This document shows, piece after piece, positions 27,801-40,286 of a DNA stretch of 64,000 nucleotides. The position numbers were made by a program, and so were the translations under genes. Source of the DNA: Eledone cirrhosa (taxonomy: Eukaryota). The stretch is from contig OZ024741.1 in NCBI GenBank assembly GCA_964016885.1, positions 119,536,001 to 119,600,000 on the forward strand, read 5' to 3'. The notes beneath the pieces are model-generated. The model ran no database searches, was not told the DNA's origin, and saw only the letters and a list, made by a program, of their open reading frames with translations. Position 1 is the first letter of the stretch, and each line of letters begins with the position of its first letter.

Positions 27801-29174
27801 AGTCTTTTTATACATACAAACTAATTGTTTTCAATAGAAATATCAGCTCCCTGAAGCTTTTACTCTAGCATTTTCACTTTCATTACATGCTGTGAAGTGA
27901 TTGGTGTTAGGAAGAGTATCCAGCCGTAGAAACCATGCCAAAATGGAACATATGAGCTAGATGTGGTCACCTGACCTGTCTAGCCTCTGAACGTGACTTG
28001 TCTAACCCATGTAAGCATAGAAAATGTGATGCTGATGTTCTCCTGTACTGATTAGGTCACTTCACTTGCAGTACAGAGACTGAAGTTACTGGATCTAACA
28101 TTTTAACTGGGCAGTACAAAATTTAATTTCACAGTTCTTATTACATATTTCACAGTTTCCTACTACATGCCAAGGCTCTTTATCAAAGATACTATCAATT
28201 CTGTATACTAAGCATTCTATGTAACTGGCCAAGCCCACTTCCTAAATGGTTTTTGGCTTTTGTACCATTCCTTAAAGCAACCATGTTTTGTAGATGAACT
28301 GGGGGAGAAACTGGGCTTAAGAGGAATACAAAACTGTGCAAGAGAGAAGACTGCATTGCTTCAGACATGGATGATAATCTCTGGGTGAAGAAGAAGTGCC
28401 AGGAAATCTCAGTGGAAGGAAGCCTGGGTGGATGTGGTGAGAGCTGATCCCTAATTGCTGAAGCTCACAGAGGAGATGACGAATGGATACTTGTACTTGT
28501 GATATCACTCAGCTGTGATTGGTTGAGCTGTCCCAAACCAATGAATCCACTTTTGTAAGCAGAACACAAACCATGTTTGGTGACCACAGATATCTGACAT
28601 AGAGATTGTCAACCAGTCATTAATGATCTCACTGATAAGAGGTTCTCTATGGGAGTTTGGATTTAACCATTCTTGCAGTTTATTTTGGAACTTTTTCTAC
28701 CAACATTGTGTTCATATATATATTTATATATAGGTTGAACAAAGAAAGCAAAGTTTAGTGCTTAATTAGTTCATTGTTTTATGAGTGTTTTAAAAGGTTA
28801 AACAAACCATAAAAATGTTGTTGGGATACATGGAGTTCTAACAGTGTTATTGCTCCTACCTATAGACAGGTAAATACCACTATGTGTGTGTGTATATGTG
28901 TATGTATATATATGTATGTAAATGTGTGTATATATATATTAGTTTAATGCTTGAAATAGCAGGGAGAGGGTCTTAACGATTTGGATGCTAGTCCTTCATC
29001 TGAAGAAAATGAGAAATTAGAAAGATTGAAGGGACGGATAGGCAGAATTGTAAACAAATATTTTAGAGAAAAATAGCAGGTCCGTCCCTTCATGTATATA
29101 TATTATGTGTGTGTGTCTAAGCAATACTGAGTTGAATGTCATTTGGTAATCAACATTTCCTTTCTCTCTAGTGT

Positions 29175-30350
29175 TCTACACTAGCAGCTGTACAGCTCCT
29201 CAACTAATTGCACTGAAGGATTAACACTCTTCATCTCAACACTAGCAGCTAGTTAATTGTACAGCTCTTCCACTGGTTATACTGAAGGGTTAACATTTAT
29301 TCACCTCAATACTAACAGCTGTACAGCTCTTCCACTGGTTTCACTGAAGGGTTAACATCTATTCACCTCAATACTAACGGCTAGTTAACAGCTGTTCACC
29401 TCAACACTAACAGTTAGTTAATTGCTCAGTTCCTATTGTCTACATTGAAGAGTAAACACCTGTTCACCTCAACACTAGCAGCTAATTGCCATATATACTC
29501 GAATATAAGTCCCGCCCTCGCTTATTTTTTTTCATGTCTGAGAAATGGGCAAAAATGCAAAGCCCGTTTATAAGACGAGGTAGCTAATCCACAAGTTTAG
29601 ATGATGTGGTTTTGAGATTCTCATGAGTGTAAAGTATATTTATGAAGTTTTAATATTTTGATGTTTAAGAATATAGTTTTTGTTTCACAACTCCATTACG
29701 TAATGACTTTCCAGTTTCAACAAGTTTCTCAAATTTTTGTTTACTTCTGGCCACTCATACCTGGAGTACATTGAAAGCAAAAGATCGAATAAGAGAACTT
29801 TGTATAAGGATTCATAGAGTAGAAAAGGGAGGGGGGCAATAAAATCAAATCAGAATTAAGATTTCAATTTTACACAAGATTGAAAGAAAAAGTAGTAATA
29901 AATCAGAGAAGAATGTGTGTGCGTGCGTATATGTGTATGGAATATTTATGTATTAAAATGTTCAAATAAAAATCTGTTGGAAATATTTTCAAAGTAATGC
30001 ATAAATAACACTAATGATGATGTAAATGTAGAAAAACAATGTTTCATTGTAAAATAATTATTCCAGATATTTTAGCACCTAATTTACATAGAATTTGAAG
30101 ATGATGAAAATCATCAAAATATTGATCCAGAATATAAGCCAATGCCCCATTTTACCATCAATATTTTTGGTCACATATTCTTCAGCTTATATTCAAGTAT
30201 ATACTGTAACTGCTAGTTAACATTTGTATAGTTCCTTCACTAGTTATACTGAAAGGCTAACACCTGTTCACCTCAACATTAGCAGCTAGTCAACAATTGT
30301 ACAGCTCCTTCATTGTTTACATTGAGTGGTTAGCACCAGCTCACTTCAAT
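29175..30350. repeat. ~60-70 bp minisatellite (caacactagcagct...actgaagggttaacacctgttcacct) split by a MITE
   Basis: About 5 units at 29175-29485 and about 2 at 30207-30350. Confidence 0.85.
29489..30206. mobile_element. pogo-like non-autonomous DNA transposon
   Basis: TIRs ccatatatactcgaatataag / cttatattcaagtatatactg, followed by TA. Confidence 0.75.
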
Positions 30351-30775
30351 CATTATTATTACAAATGATGAACACTAGAGATTTCACTGAAGAATATTAA
30401 TGGTTATGGCTAAAACAAAACTGCAGAAACCAGTCTGTTTAAATATACATAGTTGAAAGTTGCTACAACTGTTATTCTGTCTGAGTTTGTTATTTTATTG
30501 AATGGGCTTAACAACTAACATTAAACTATCAAATTGTGATAATTAGTTTCTGAGTGTGTTTGCTTAATGTATCATACCTGTAATATAATGGAAAAAAGGT
30601 ATATTTCCTCCATATTCAAAACAGCTTTGTAAGAATAGTTAAAATATGAATCCAAGATATACCCTCGAAAATGTATCCACTAATACTTTTTTTTACAACT
30701 GCCATAAACGACACCCATTTCACCCTGTAATGTGGTAGTAGTGATGGTGCCACAAAAACAGCTCCCTGTACATGT

Positions 30776-30939
30776 TGTAATATGGTTGACATTAAGAAGG
30801 GCATCCATCCACAGAAAATTAGGCCAAAAATGGATTGTATGAGCAAAATTTAATCACCTGATTACGTTTTGCTCATACAATCCATTTTTGGTCTAATTTT
30901 CTATGGCTGGATGCTCTTCTTAATGCCAACCATATTACA
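30776..30939. repeat. Long inverted repeat (81-bp arms, 2-nt spacer) derived from SINE/RTE-tail sequence
   Basis: Arms differ at 7 of 81 positions by manual alignment. Contains the ggttggcattaagaagggcatcc motif. Confidence 0.9.
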
Positions 30940-33339
30940 TGGCAGCTCATCTAAGCATGGAGAAAAAACGATAAACAATGATGATGATAGAGAAAAAGAG
31001 AGAATTGGCAGTCATTAGGACATCAGAAAAATGCTTTGGGATATTTTCCCAAATCTGTGCATCCAATTCAACTTGTGTGGAAGTCAACTTTGCTTTTCAT
31101 CCTTTTGGGAGTTGATAAAATACCAGTCAATAGGTGCAGTGGATTGGTAGTCCAGCTCTGTGCATTTTAATTTCAAATCCCACCTATCATTGACACTTCT
31201 AGCAGAAGTTGGGACTAATTGATAGTGTCAGCAATAGTAATATTAATGGAAATATATTTCCTTGGTCCGATCAGCAAAATCATCTACTACTAATATTAAT
31301 ACTACTATTACCACCACCACCACCACCACCAAATGAAAAACATGATTTTTAAATAATTTGGAAAATAATCAAAAATTTATAGGGATTTAGTAATACAACT
31401 TATCAAGCTGGTATTTAAAAGATAACTTAAAGGTTTCTATATAAAATTATGATGGAAGCTATCTAGATAAGTATATACATATTAACCCTTTCATTACCAT
31501 ATTTCTAATGAACAATACTGCCTGTTATTTTCAAATCATTTTGAAAATAAAAAATTTTGAAGCAATTTAGTAGTATAACAAACTTTCTCATAAGAATTGA
31601 CCCCAGTACTACTAGACTGGTACTTTTTATTGACCTTGAATGGATGAGAGGCAAAATTAACCATGACACACTTTTAAGGTATGATCTGTACACCTTAAAA
31701 AGACCAGATGATTGTAAATGGAATGTCATTGATCATGGTGTTTACTTGGGGCTAAAGAATAACAGGATCAAATGAGCATAGAGAACATCTATGTGTTTGC
31801 TTGACTTACTAGAAATAATAGCCAAATTTCCCTCAAATCACACCCTACCATCTTAGGAAAGAAAACATTGTATAATGTAATCCTACATATGCTGTGCCAG
31901 AAAATATATAGAGTGAGGGGTTGCAACTGGAATGCCTGAGACCTATGAGATGCAACTTTGTAGGAGGCTAACTAAACAACATCAAAAAGTGCATCCAGCT
32001 GTAGATTTCTACCTCAAAAAGTCTTGTGCAACCCATGCCAACATGGAAAAATGGGCATAAAACTGATAATGATGGACTAAATTTTGATGCGGATGACTTA
32101 CCCTATAAAAGAGATAACACAACAAAGTTGGTAATAGCATCTTTTCTCTGATTCTTGTAATTACTATATCAAATGGACCTGTGGCATTAACACCCTGGCG
32201 AACAAGACAAGTATTAGAGGGCTGGCCGTTGTCAACTAAACTTGTAACACCACCAAGTTTGCTTGGTGAAGGTGATTTTGGACACCATGCAGGATGAAAA
32301 ACAACCTGACAAAGGGCAGAGGAACTCATCTGAATTAACAGCCATCCAATAGTGTGTACATATGTATATATTGTGTGGGTGTGTAATGTGTATATGTTAA
32401 TTCAAGAGTGCAGAGCTGTAGTAGATTTGTTGGCATTCAATGGTCTTTTGTAGTGTCCCAGTGTCTGTTGAACATGCCACTCAATGAACTGATGACATGC
32501 ACTATATGCTCATTCAAGCTGAGCACCTAGCCTTTCTAAGTGGTGAAATGCCACATCCTACATGATATGCCTATCATAAGATAGTGTAGCTGAACATGTC
32601 CTATCTAAAGGAGTAAGCCTTGATAAAAATCCTACTTGTGTCATAGTAAGTAAGTTTAATTAGATGACTTCTGCATCGTGAACACCAGAGGCTTTGCAGA
32701 TGATCGACTATTAATTCATTCAACAATAGGTTGGCACAACTGCTCCAGTTAGTGAAGAAATCAATGAGTATGCAGGCATGGCGAGCTGCATATATTCTTG
32801 CCATTAGAAGTAAAATGAATGCCTCACCTTCGAAAGAAGGATGACTCAAGAAGAGAAGATGTAAGACAACTAGCTACCTAGTGTATGTCACTAACAGCAC
32901 AGAAATATTGAGAAGTGATTCAATAATTTGGTGTGCTAAATTTGATGTTTGAAAGCACATGGCCTAGTGGTTAGAGTGTGATCTTACAATTGTAAATTCA
33001 TTGGTTCAATCCCTTAAGGAGGCTGCACTCCATTTCCCATTGCTTCAGTCCACTCTGCAAGATGTTAACTTTGAGACCCATCTGTGTTGGGAGTCAGGTA
33101 TTCTCAGTCCCTTAATGTTCACAAACTTAACAAACCACCAATTTTAAGAAAGGCTAATTAACCTAACTAAATATAAATCCTGTGGGAAAAAGTTGTATTT
33201 TGTGATGTCATTGGAATTTTAAACCACGAGGGTAAATATTGTTCTCGTCATTGTTTGGATGTCTTCATATTCTTGTATATTGCTTATACTTGTGATGTTG
33301 CTGTCTTGTTCTGCTTAACCTGGAGTATATATAAATACA

Positions 33340-33605
33340 GGTGGTATGTGGCCTAGTGGTAAGGGTGTTGGACTTAGGATCTTAATGTCATGGGTATGAT
33401 TCCTGGACTGGGTTGTGTGTGGTGTTCCCAAGCAAAACACCTCATTTCACGTTGCTTTAACATGCTCAGCTGAAAATGAGGACCAGCAATAACTGTGGGT
33501 TTAACTCTGGTGGACTAGCATTCTATCCAGGGGAAGTCTTGTATCCTCAGTCACTTAATGCCATTGAAACTGAGATAAGCACCTTTGAGCTCAAGGCAGA
33601 CTTTA
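33340..33605 (+). mobile_element. tRNA-derived SINE (tggcctagtggttagggtg...gagcaagacacttcatttcac family)
   Basis: A-box-like TGGCCTAGTGG and a conserved central core. Related copies near 12360-12510(-), 32955-33120, 37460-37735, 39010-39262, 46330-46730, 47200-47310(-), 54295-54520 and 54955-55060. Confidence 0.75.
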
Positions 33606-35319
33606 GACTTTTTTTTAGATATTTAAATCACTAGCACAGGGGTTAAACTCGCACCCACCTGGTTATCTACTACACTAAACAATTCAACCAATACTTATAT
33701 TGAGCATGGTATTAGAGGAAAATAGCACAGTTACCCCTTTTCATACTAACTCACACATTACTGAACCTTGGGGTATAGTGGAGTTGAATGGATGTAGATT
33801 GGCATACTGCAGTATTTGACAGGAGTTTCCGATGCAATATGCGAGAGGTTGATCATAGACAGGCAACAACATGGCTTTTGCTAAAGTTCTTGAGGAGAGA
33901 AACTGCTACTGAGTGACATTAGAACGAGTTTCTAGATCTGTTTCTTTGGAAGTTAACTAATGGTTATTGAAGAGAAAAAGAGACAGCTTCCTGGTTTCTA
34001 ATCCAAAATACTCCAATCGACATTAGAATAAGTCTCCTGTAGATTTGTTTCTATGGAAGTTAGACTAATGGCCATTAAAGAGAGATAGAGAGATAGTCTC
34101 CTGGTTTCTGATCTAACTGGGGAATAACTAATTAGATTTTCTCTAAAGAAATCTACGCTAGACTGTAAGAAGTGTGCTTTTAACAACATCCAGCATTGTA
34201 CTTCTTTAGGCATCAAAAACATTCTTAATGCCACCTTTATAGACAGAAGACTGAAAGTTTTCACATAAGCATTTAATCAGGAATTTAGAAGGATTTAGTA
34301 GTATAACTAACTTTATTCATTATTAAGCTGGTGTTTGGAACATAACTTAGATATTCTTATATAGAATTATGATAGATCTTTAAATAACTATAAACAGTAA
34401 ACAAAAAAAGTATGATGGACAGATTTCGGATGAATATATATACTTTAAAATAAACAAAACTTATGAATTACCAGAGTGTTGGGAGTGTTTGAAATTTGAA
34501 AATGTGAGTCCCAAATGCAACTGTAACAAATCCATCAGTTTAATGTCTGTTTTCTCTGCTAGCAAGGGTTGGGCAGGTCTTCATAAACCAAGTCAGTATT
34601 AAAGCTACACTACCAACTTCGCAGACAGGCTGAGGGTGTGCATCTCGCTTACAGTCTCGCGTTCTACCGAGTACATCAGCACCATGGAGGCTGGCATGTC
34701 TTTGACACAATTGAAGGGTCCTCACAACCCATTGTTTGGCAAGTTTTCTGTGGTTGGATGCCGTTCCTATCACCAACCATTTATAGATAATAATTGAGAA
34801 GGTAGTTTTTTAAACTACTATCTATAGTGGTCAATTTATATTAGTTATTTTCTGTGTTTGGGACTTTCACAGTTTTGTATTAAAGGGCAGTTTAGTATCA
34901 AAAGAGTTAACATTTTGCCAAAGTTTAAATTCCAGTAAATTGAGAGTTTGTTCAAATTCAACATGTTTTAAAAACTTCCCAGTTTGTGGCAACATAAAAA
35001 TCCCCTCTTTAACATTTTGCTGTAATCACATTTTGGAAATTTTTAGAAAAGGCACTGAAATTGTCTCTGATTAACTTTATCCATTGGACTCTAAACATTC
35101 TTGTAGTGATGTGAGTGTCCAATGGGTATAACACACAACAATTGTATTTTATAAATCCTGTTTGTATGCCACTAACTTTGAGATTTCCACAGAGATAAAC
35201 ATGGTATTAAGTGGTACCAAGCAATATATCTATGTTATCCCATGTCTCTTTTATGTGGATCAAGGTGGAAATTAGGATGCATGACTTTACATTCCTGCTA
35301 GGCAATAGAATTTGCTTTC

Positions 35320-35570
35320 AATTGTCTTTGTGATAAATCAATGTAGAGGTAACAAGTTTAGATATTAGCTTCATGTGTATTTATGATAAATATAGATGTA
35401 ACAAGTTAGATGCTGGCTACATGTGTCACTGTGATAAATCAATGTAGAGGTAACAGTTAGATGTTAGCTTCATGGGTCTGATAAATCAATATAGAAGTAA
35501 TAGTTAGATGTTGGTTACACAAGTCTTAATGATAAATCAATGTAGAGGTAATAAGTTATGCTAGCTTCAT
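35320..35570. repeat. ~48-bp minisatellite (gataaatcaatgtagaggtaacaagttagatg...), about 5 copies
   Basis: Repeats seen directly. One more unit resumes at ~37248, beyond the RTE insertion. Confidence 0.85.
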
Positions 35571-35571
35571 G

Positions 35572-37240
35572 AGTCATCTTCATCATCGTTTTTATGTCTG
35601 TTTTTCCACACATCAGTTGGATGGGTCCTTCTCAGGACACCACCTCTCCACTTATCGCAATCCTTTGTTATCTCCTCTGTGAGTCTCAGTGATTTGAGGT
35701 CAGCTCTCGCAACTTCTGCCCAGGTCTTTCTTGGTCCTCCTCTACTGCAGCTTCCTTCCACTGGCATTTTCTAGCACTTCACCCAACAATCACTGTATAT
35801 GTGCATCACATATCTAATGCAGCCTCCTCTCCTGCACACCACCTTGGATTCCTTTTAAACCCAGCTTCTCCCTCAACTTGTCCAAGCTCTGCCTTTCTCT
35901 CACACTTATATTGCACATTCAACAGAGCATGGTTGCTTCGTTTCTCTGCAGTTCCAGCCCATGTTTCACTACCATGCAGCATCACACTTCACACACACGT
36001 CTTTTGGTTTGGCAGGAGAAACCTTTTTTAGTCAACAGTGGGAGTAGTAGCTCTCTAAACTTTTTTCATCATATCCTTATTCTAACTATTATGCTCTCAC
36101 AGCACTCTCCCCCATTGCTAATTATGTTGCCTAGATAGCAGAAGCTATCAACCACATCTATGGGTCCTTCATGTAACTGGAATAGGTTTACATCACTGGC
36201 TTTCTTCCCCTCAGTTATCCCTTTGCATCTTCTACAAATATAGTTTTCCCTTCCTGTTAGTTTACCCGTTATCCCACTATATCTCTTGTGTATCCAAGAT
36301 TTACATTGTGTATATCATAAGAAGTTCATACCTACTCCCTTTCTACATATTGAGCAGAGCCACTTCCCTGAAGGAATCAGGGTCCTATCTTCTCTCCTAC
36401 TCACTAGTTTTCACTATGTTTACCACTAGACCTTTTGATTCTATATTCTGTTTCCATAGTCAGAATTAATTATCTAGTTCTTTAATGGATTTGGCTATAA
36501 GGAGCAGATCATCTCCTCATCTCCTTAGGGCAGCCAGTCTTAAACACCTGTTATAGCCTGGAGAACTATAATGAATAGTAGTGGGCTAAGAACTGAACCC
36601 TGAGGAACTCCTATTTGTACCTTGAATTCGTCACTAAACTCACTTCCTACTCTCATTTTGAGGACAGCTCTTCCGTACATGACTTGCACTGCTCTCACTA
36701 ACCATTCTTCTACACCTAATTTCCTTAAGGACCACCAGATACTAGATTGAGGTACTTTGTCAAACACTTTTTCTAGATCAACGAAAACTAGATATAATGG
36801 CTTATTTTGGCTAAGAACTTCTCTTGTAGTTGCTTCACTAAAAAGAGGGCATCTGTATTACTTTTCATTTAATTTGACTCTTTCTCTAATTAGTTGCGCT
36901 ATAACTCTTTCTATCACTTTCATAACTTGGTCCATTAGTTTTATTCCTCTATAGTTGCTCCTTTCTAGGGCATCACCTTTGCCCTTGTAACAATTTACGA
37001 TTGTATTGCTGCACCAGTCATTGGGTATGACACCTAGTTTGGTCCCTACTTCTGATGCTTTTAGCATTTCAGAAACTATTTCTGATGGTACTGCAGCTTT
37101 ACCATTTTTCATCTCTTTGATTGCTTTTTTAACCCCATAACTGTCAACTCCAATGGCTGGCCCTTCTGTTGGGTAGGTTGGGGGTGGTTTCTTTTCCATT
37201 TATTTTCTATTTATCAGTTGCATAGTAACATCTCAAGGCC
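35572..37240 (-). mobile_element. Degenerate RTE-clade LINE (RT to 3' tail)
   Basis: ORF fragments YKGKGDALERSNYRGIKLMDQVMKVIERV, FDKVPQ..GVPQGSVLSPLLF and GGPRKTW. (GAT)n-type tail at the left end. Confidence 0.9.
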
Positions 37241-37916
37241 ACTTTCTTTGTGATAAATCAATGTAGAAATAACAGTCTGCAATAACAGTGGATTATCTAC
37301 CGTATACATGTTCCTAAATTAAAATGTCAAAAACAACTCATTTGCTTATTTTGCTCAAATATATTCCCTTTCTTTAGTGAAGAGGTAAGAAGCACTGTCT
37401 TCTCTTTAGGCGACAGTGAGGATCAGTCAAACACTCATATTTCTGTTAGCTTTCCATGTTGGAGGCATGTGACCTTGTGGTAAGGGACAATTTTAAAGTT
37501 ATGGGTTCAATTCCTGGACTGGGTTCTGTGTTGCGTTCTTGAGCAAAGCACTTCATTTCATGTTGCTCCAGTATACTCAACTGAAAACGAGTACTAGCAG
37601 TAGCTGGGGTTTTAACCTTGTGATGAACTGGCGTCCTCTCCAGGGGGAATCTTGTATTCTTAGTCACTTAACGTTATGGAAACCGGAATAAACACCAACC
37701 TGATGAGCTTCTAGGCTCAAGAAAGACTTAAAACTTTTTTTCCATGCTAGCATGGGTTGAACAAGCTATCACAATCCGACTCAATTCCTATTAGGAGTTA
37801 CTGCCTTCTTAGATGGGTCAGAGGACCACATCTTACTCGTGTGTTCCATTTTTGGCAACCTTGTCTCCAAATTTTCTTCAGATAGTTTTTTTCAGAATCT
37901 ACAGTTATATGAATCT

Positions 37917-38380
37917 AAGGACGGTTATATGATGCCTGTGTGAGATGCGTGATGCTACATGGTAGTGAGACATGGGCAGCAACTGCAGAGGATATGTGAC
38001 GGCTGGAGAGAAATAAAGCAAGCATGCTCCGTTGGATGTGCAATGTCAATGTGCATGAACGACCAAGCATAGACGAGTTGAGAAAGAAACTGGGTATAAG
38101 ACGGATAAGTTGTGGTGTGCAGGAGAGAAGACTGAGATGGTATGGACATGTGATGCGCATAGAGGATGACCGCTGGGTAAAGAAGTGCCAAGAAATCCCA
38201 GGAAGACGCATTAGAGGTAGACCATGAAAAACATGGCCGAAGGTGGTGTGAGCAGACCTCAGATCGCTGAAGCTCACGGAGGAGATGACGACGGACCGTG
38301 ACAAGTGGAAAGATGCTGTGCTGAATAGGACCCGTCCCACCCTTGCAAGCAGGGAAAAGCGGGCGTAAAATGATGATGAT
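37917..38380 (+). mobile_element. 5'-truncated RTE LINE 3' end
   Basis: MLHGSETW..MLRWMCNV..ERRLRWYGHVMR..RGRP. Tail ggaaaagcgggcgtaaaatgatgatgat. Confidence 0.9.
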
Positions 38381-39904
38381 ATAGAAGGTCCAGTATCTCC
38401 ACCAATAGCATTTTCCCCACTGTTCCTTTGATCATCTATGGAAAATAGCCCATTTAAGATAAAGGGAATGGGCATAGTTTCATCATGCTTGGACTGGTTT
38501 TTTGTGTGGAATACAAAATATTTTATCTCATCTCAACAGTGTGCTATTAAAAAATCTTAGACAGTAGTTTTGATATGTTTTTTGGTCCACCCTCAAATCA
38601 TCTCCAATGGAATTTTTTTTGTTGACCAGTTTAATTAGAACAGTATTTTTGTGGTTTCTTTCATCATTTCTTTATTTCTTTAATATTATATTTTATTGTG
38701 TGTTGTGTTCTTGAGTGAAACACTTCATTTCATGTTGCTCTAACCCCAACTAGCAAATTCTATTTTTGAATTTTGTAATTTTTGCCCATAGCATACATTA
38801 TATCATATCTTAGTATATTATATCATATCTTACATACAAACTTTTGTATATGTCAGAGGCATTGAAAGAACACCTTAATGACCCACTTGTGTACTGTGGC
38901 CTACCATTTGCCAACTCTTTATTCTAATGGAATGCATTAAATTTAGCTTCCCTGTTTCTCATACTTAAAACAAATTTGTCCAGATTTTTCTTGTAATATT
39001 TATATCTAGTATGTTATGGTGTTGGACTTATAATCATAATGTGGTGAGTTCAATTCCTAGACCAGGTGGTACATTGTGTCTTTGAGCAAGACACTTCATT
39101 TCACATTGCTCCAGCCCACTCAGCTGAAAAAGAGTACCAGCAGCATCAGTTGGGAGTTAACTTTGCGATTGACTGCATCTTGTACTCTCAGTTGCTTAAT
39201 GTCAATAAACTGGGATAAGCTCTGGCCTGAAGAGTCTTTGAATTTGGGGCAGGTACTTTTTTAGTATCTGAGATGTTGAAATGTCTGTAAAACATTTTAT
39301 GTTTTATCTTTCATTAAAAATGAATTTCCAGTGTACTATTTAATGTGTTTACAGAGCAATACATTCACTAACACTTCGGTAAGTTACAGGAAGGGTGCAT
39401 TTGGTGAATCAGTTTTAACAAGACAAAACAAACAAACTTTGTAATCACTGATGAAATAATGTGTTGTTTCCTTTTTTTTATCACATCAGTCTGATGGTGA
39501 TTTACCAAAAGACATTTCAGTTGTTTTAATCGTTAAATATACTGTCATCTACATATTCTGGAATGAGTTGTCTGTTATATGCTTTACCAAATTCTGATGT
39601 TATGCTTTTTCTTTAATTTAACATTTTCCTAATTTTTCACAATTCCAACAGCAGTCATAAAAATATATCTTCTGTAATAATGATATATGTCTTTTGTATA
39701 ATGTTATAATTCCAGTATGGAGTTATTTTTTTTAGGAATTCATTATCTTCATTGTTGTAATAATGAGTGAATTGGAAGAGTCAGTGGAGCATCAAACAAA
39801 AGTGTTTTGTGCTATTTACTCTGGTTCTCTGCACTCTGAGGTTGCTAGTCTGTCTATGTAGCTAAAGTCCTTGGGAAGGCATTAAGATCACAAAATGTCT
39901 ACAA

Positions 39905-40139
39905 AGATATCCTCCTCCCTCTTACTAGTCTCAAGAGGCCCTGAAAAGGCTCATGGGCACTGCTCTTCCTTCACTCCCAACAGTCTGAGACCCTGAAAAG
40001 GGTCATGGGTACTACCCCTCCCTTGCACCAGTCTTGAGGCCCTGAAAGGATCATGGACACTTCCCCTTCCTCCCACCAGTCATGGAGGCCCTGCCTGAAA
40101 AGAGTCAGGGTATCACTGCCCCCCCCCCCCCCCCCCCCC
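39905..40139. repeat. ~50-bp minisatellite (agtct..gaggccctgaaaagggtcatggg) x4 ending in C21
   Basis: Repeats and a 21-nt C run (40119-40139) seen directly. Confidence 0.8.
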
Positions 40140-40264
40140 GACTAAGTGATAAAAAGAAATTAAAGAAATTATCTGCTGTTTGTTTAATTTAATGAAATTG
40201 TATGAGATAAATTTGATTTATTTTCATTTTGAAAATTGAAAAGCAATGTTATAAATAAATAACC

Positions 40265-40283
40265 CTCTTTTTTTTCTTTTCAG
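40265..40283 (+). promoter_or_regulatory. Splice acceptor 3 nt upstream of the RBM12-like ATG
   Basis: ctctttttttttcttttCAG|AAAATG. Confidence 0.8.
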
Positions 40284-40286
40284 AAA

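Noticed and set aside
33340-33420. tRNA-like A/B-box sequences at many sites
   Set aside because: They are degenerate SINE heads followed by SINE bodies, and none folds into a complete cloverleaf that I could see.
37698-37730. CTGATGAG...GAAA hammerhead-like motif
   Set aside because: It lies in the ordinary 3' tail of the SINE family (compare 39210-39255, where the motif is not kept). Spacing before GAAA is wrong, and I see no stem III or cleavage triplet.
37915-38475. 186-aa minus-strand ORF
   Set aside because: It is the antisense shadow of the plus-strand RTE fragment.
1-40000. Copine or other host coding exons upstream of RBM12
   Set aside because: I recognised no C2/vWA or other conserved peptide. 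The listed short ORFs map to repeats or microsatellites, or look random. Very small exons could have been missed by eye.
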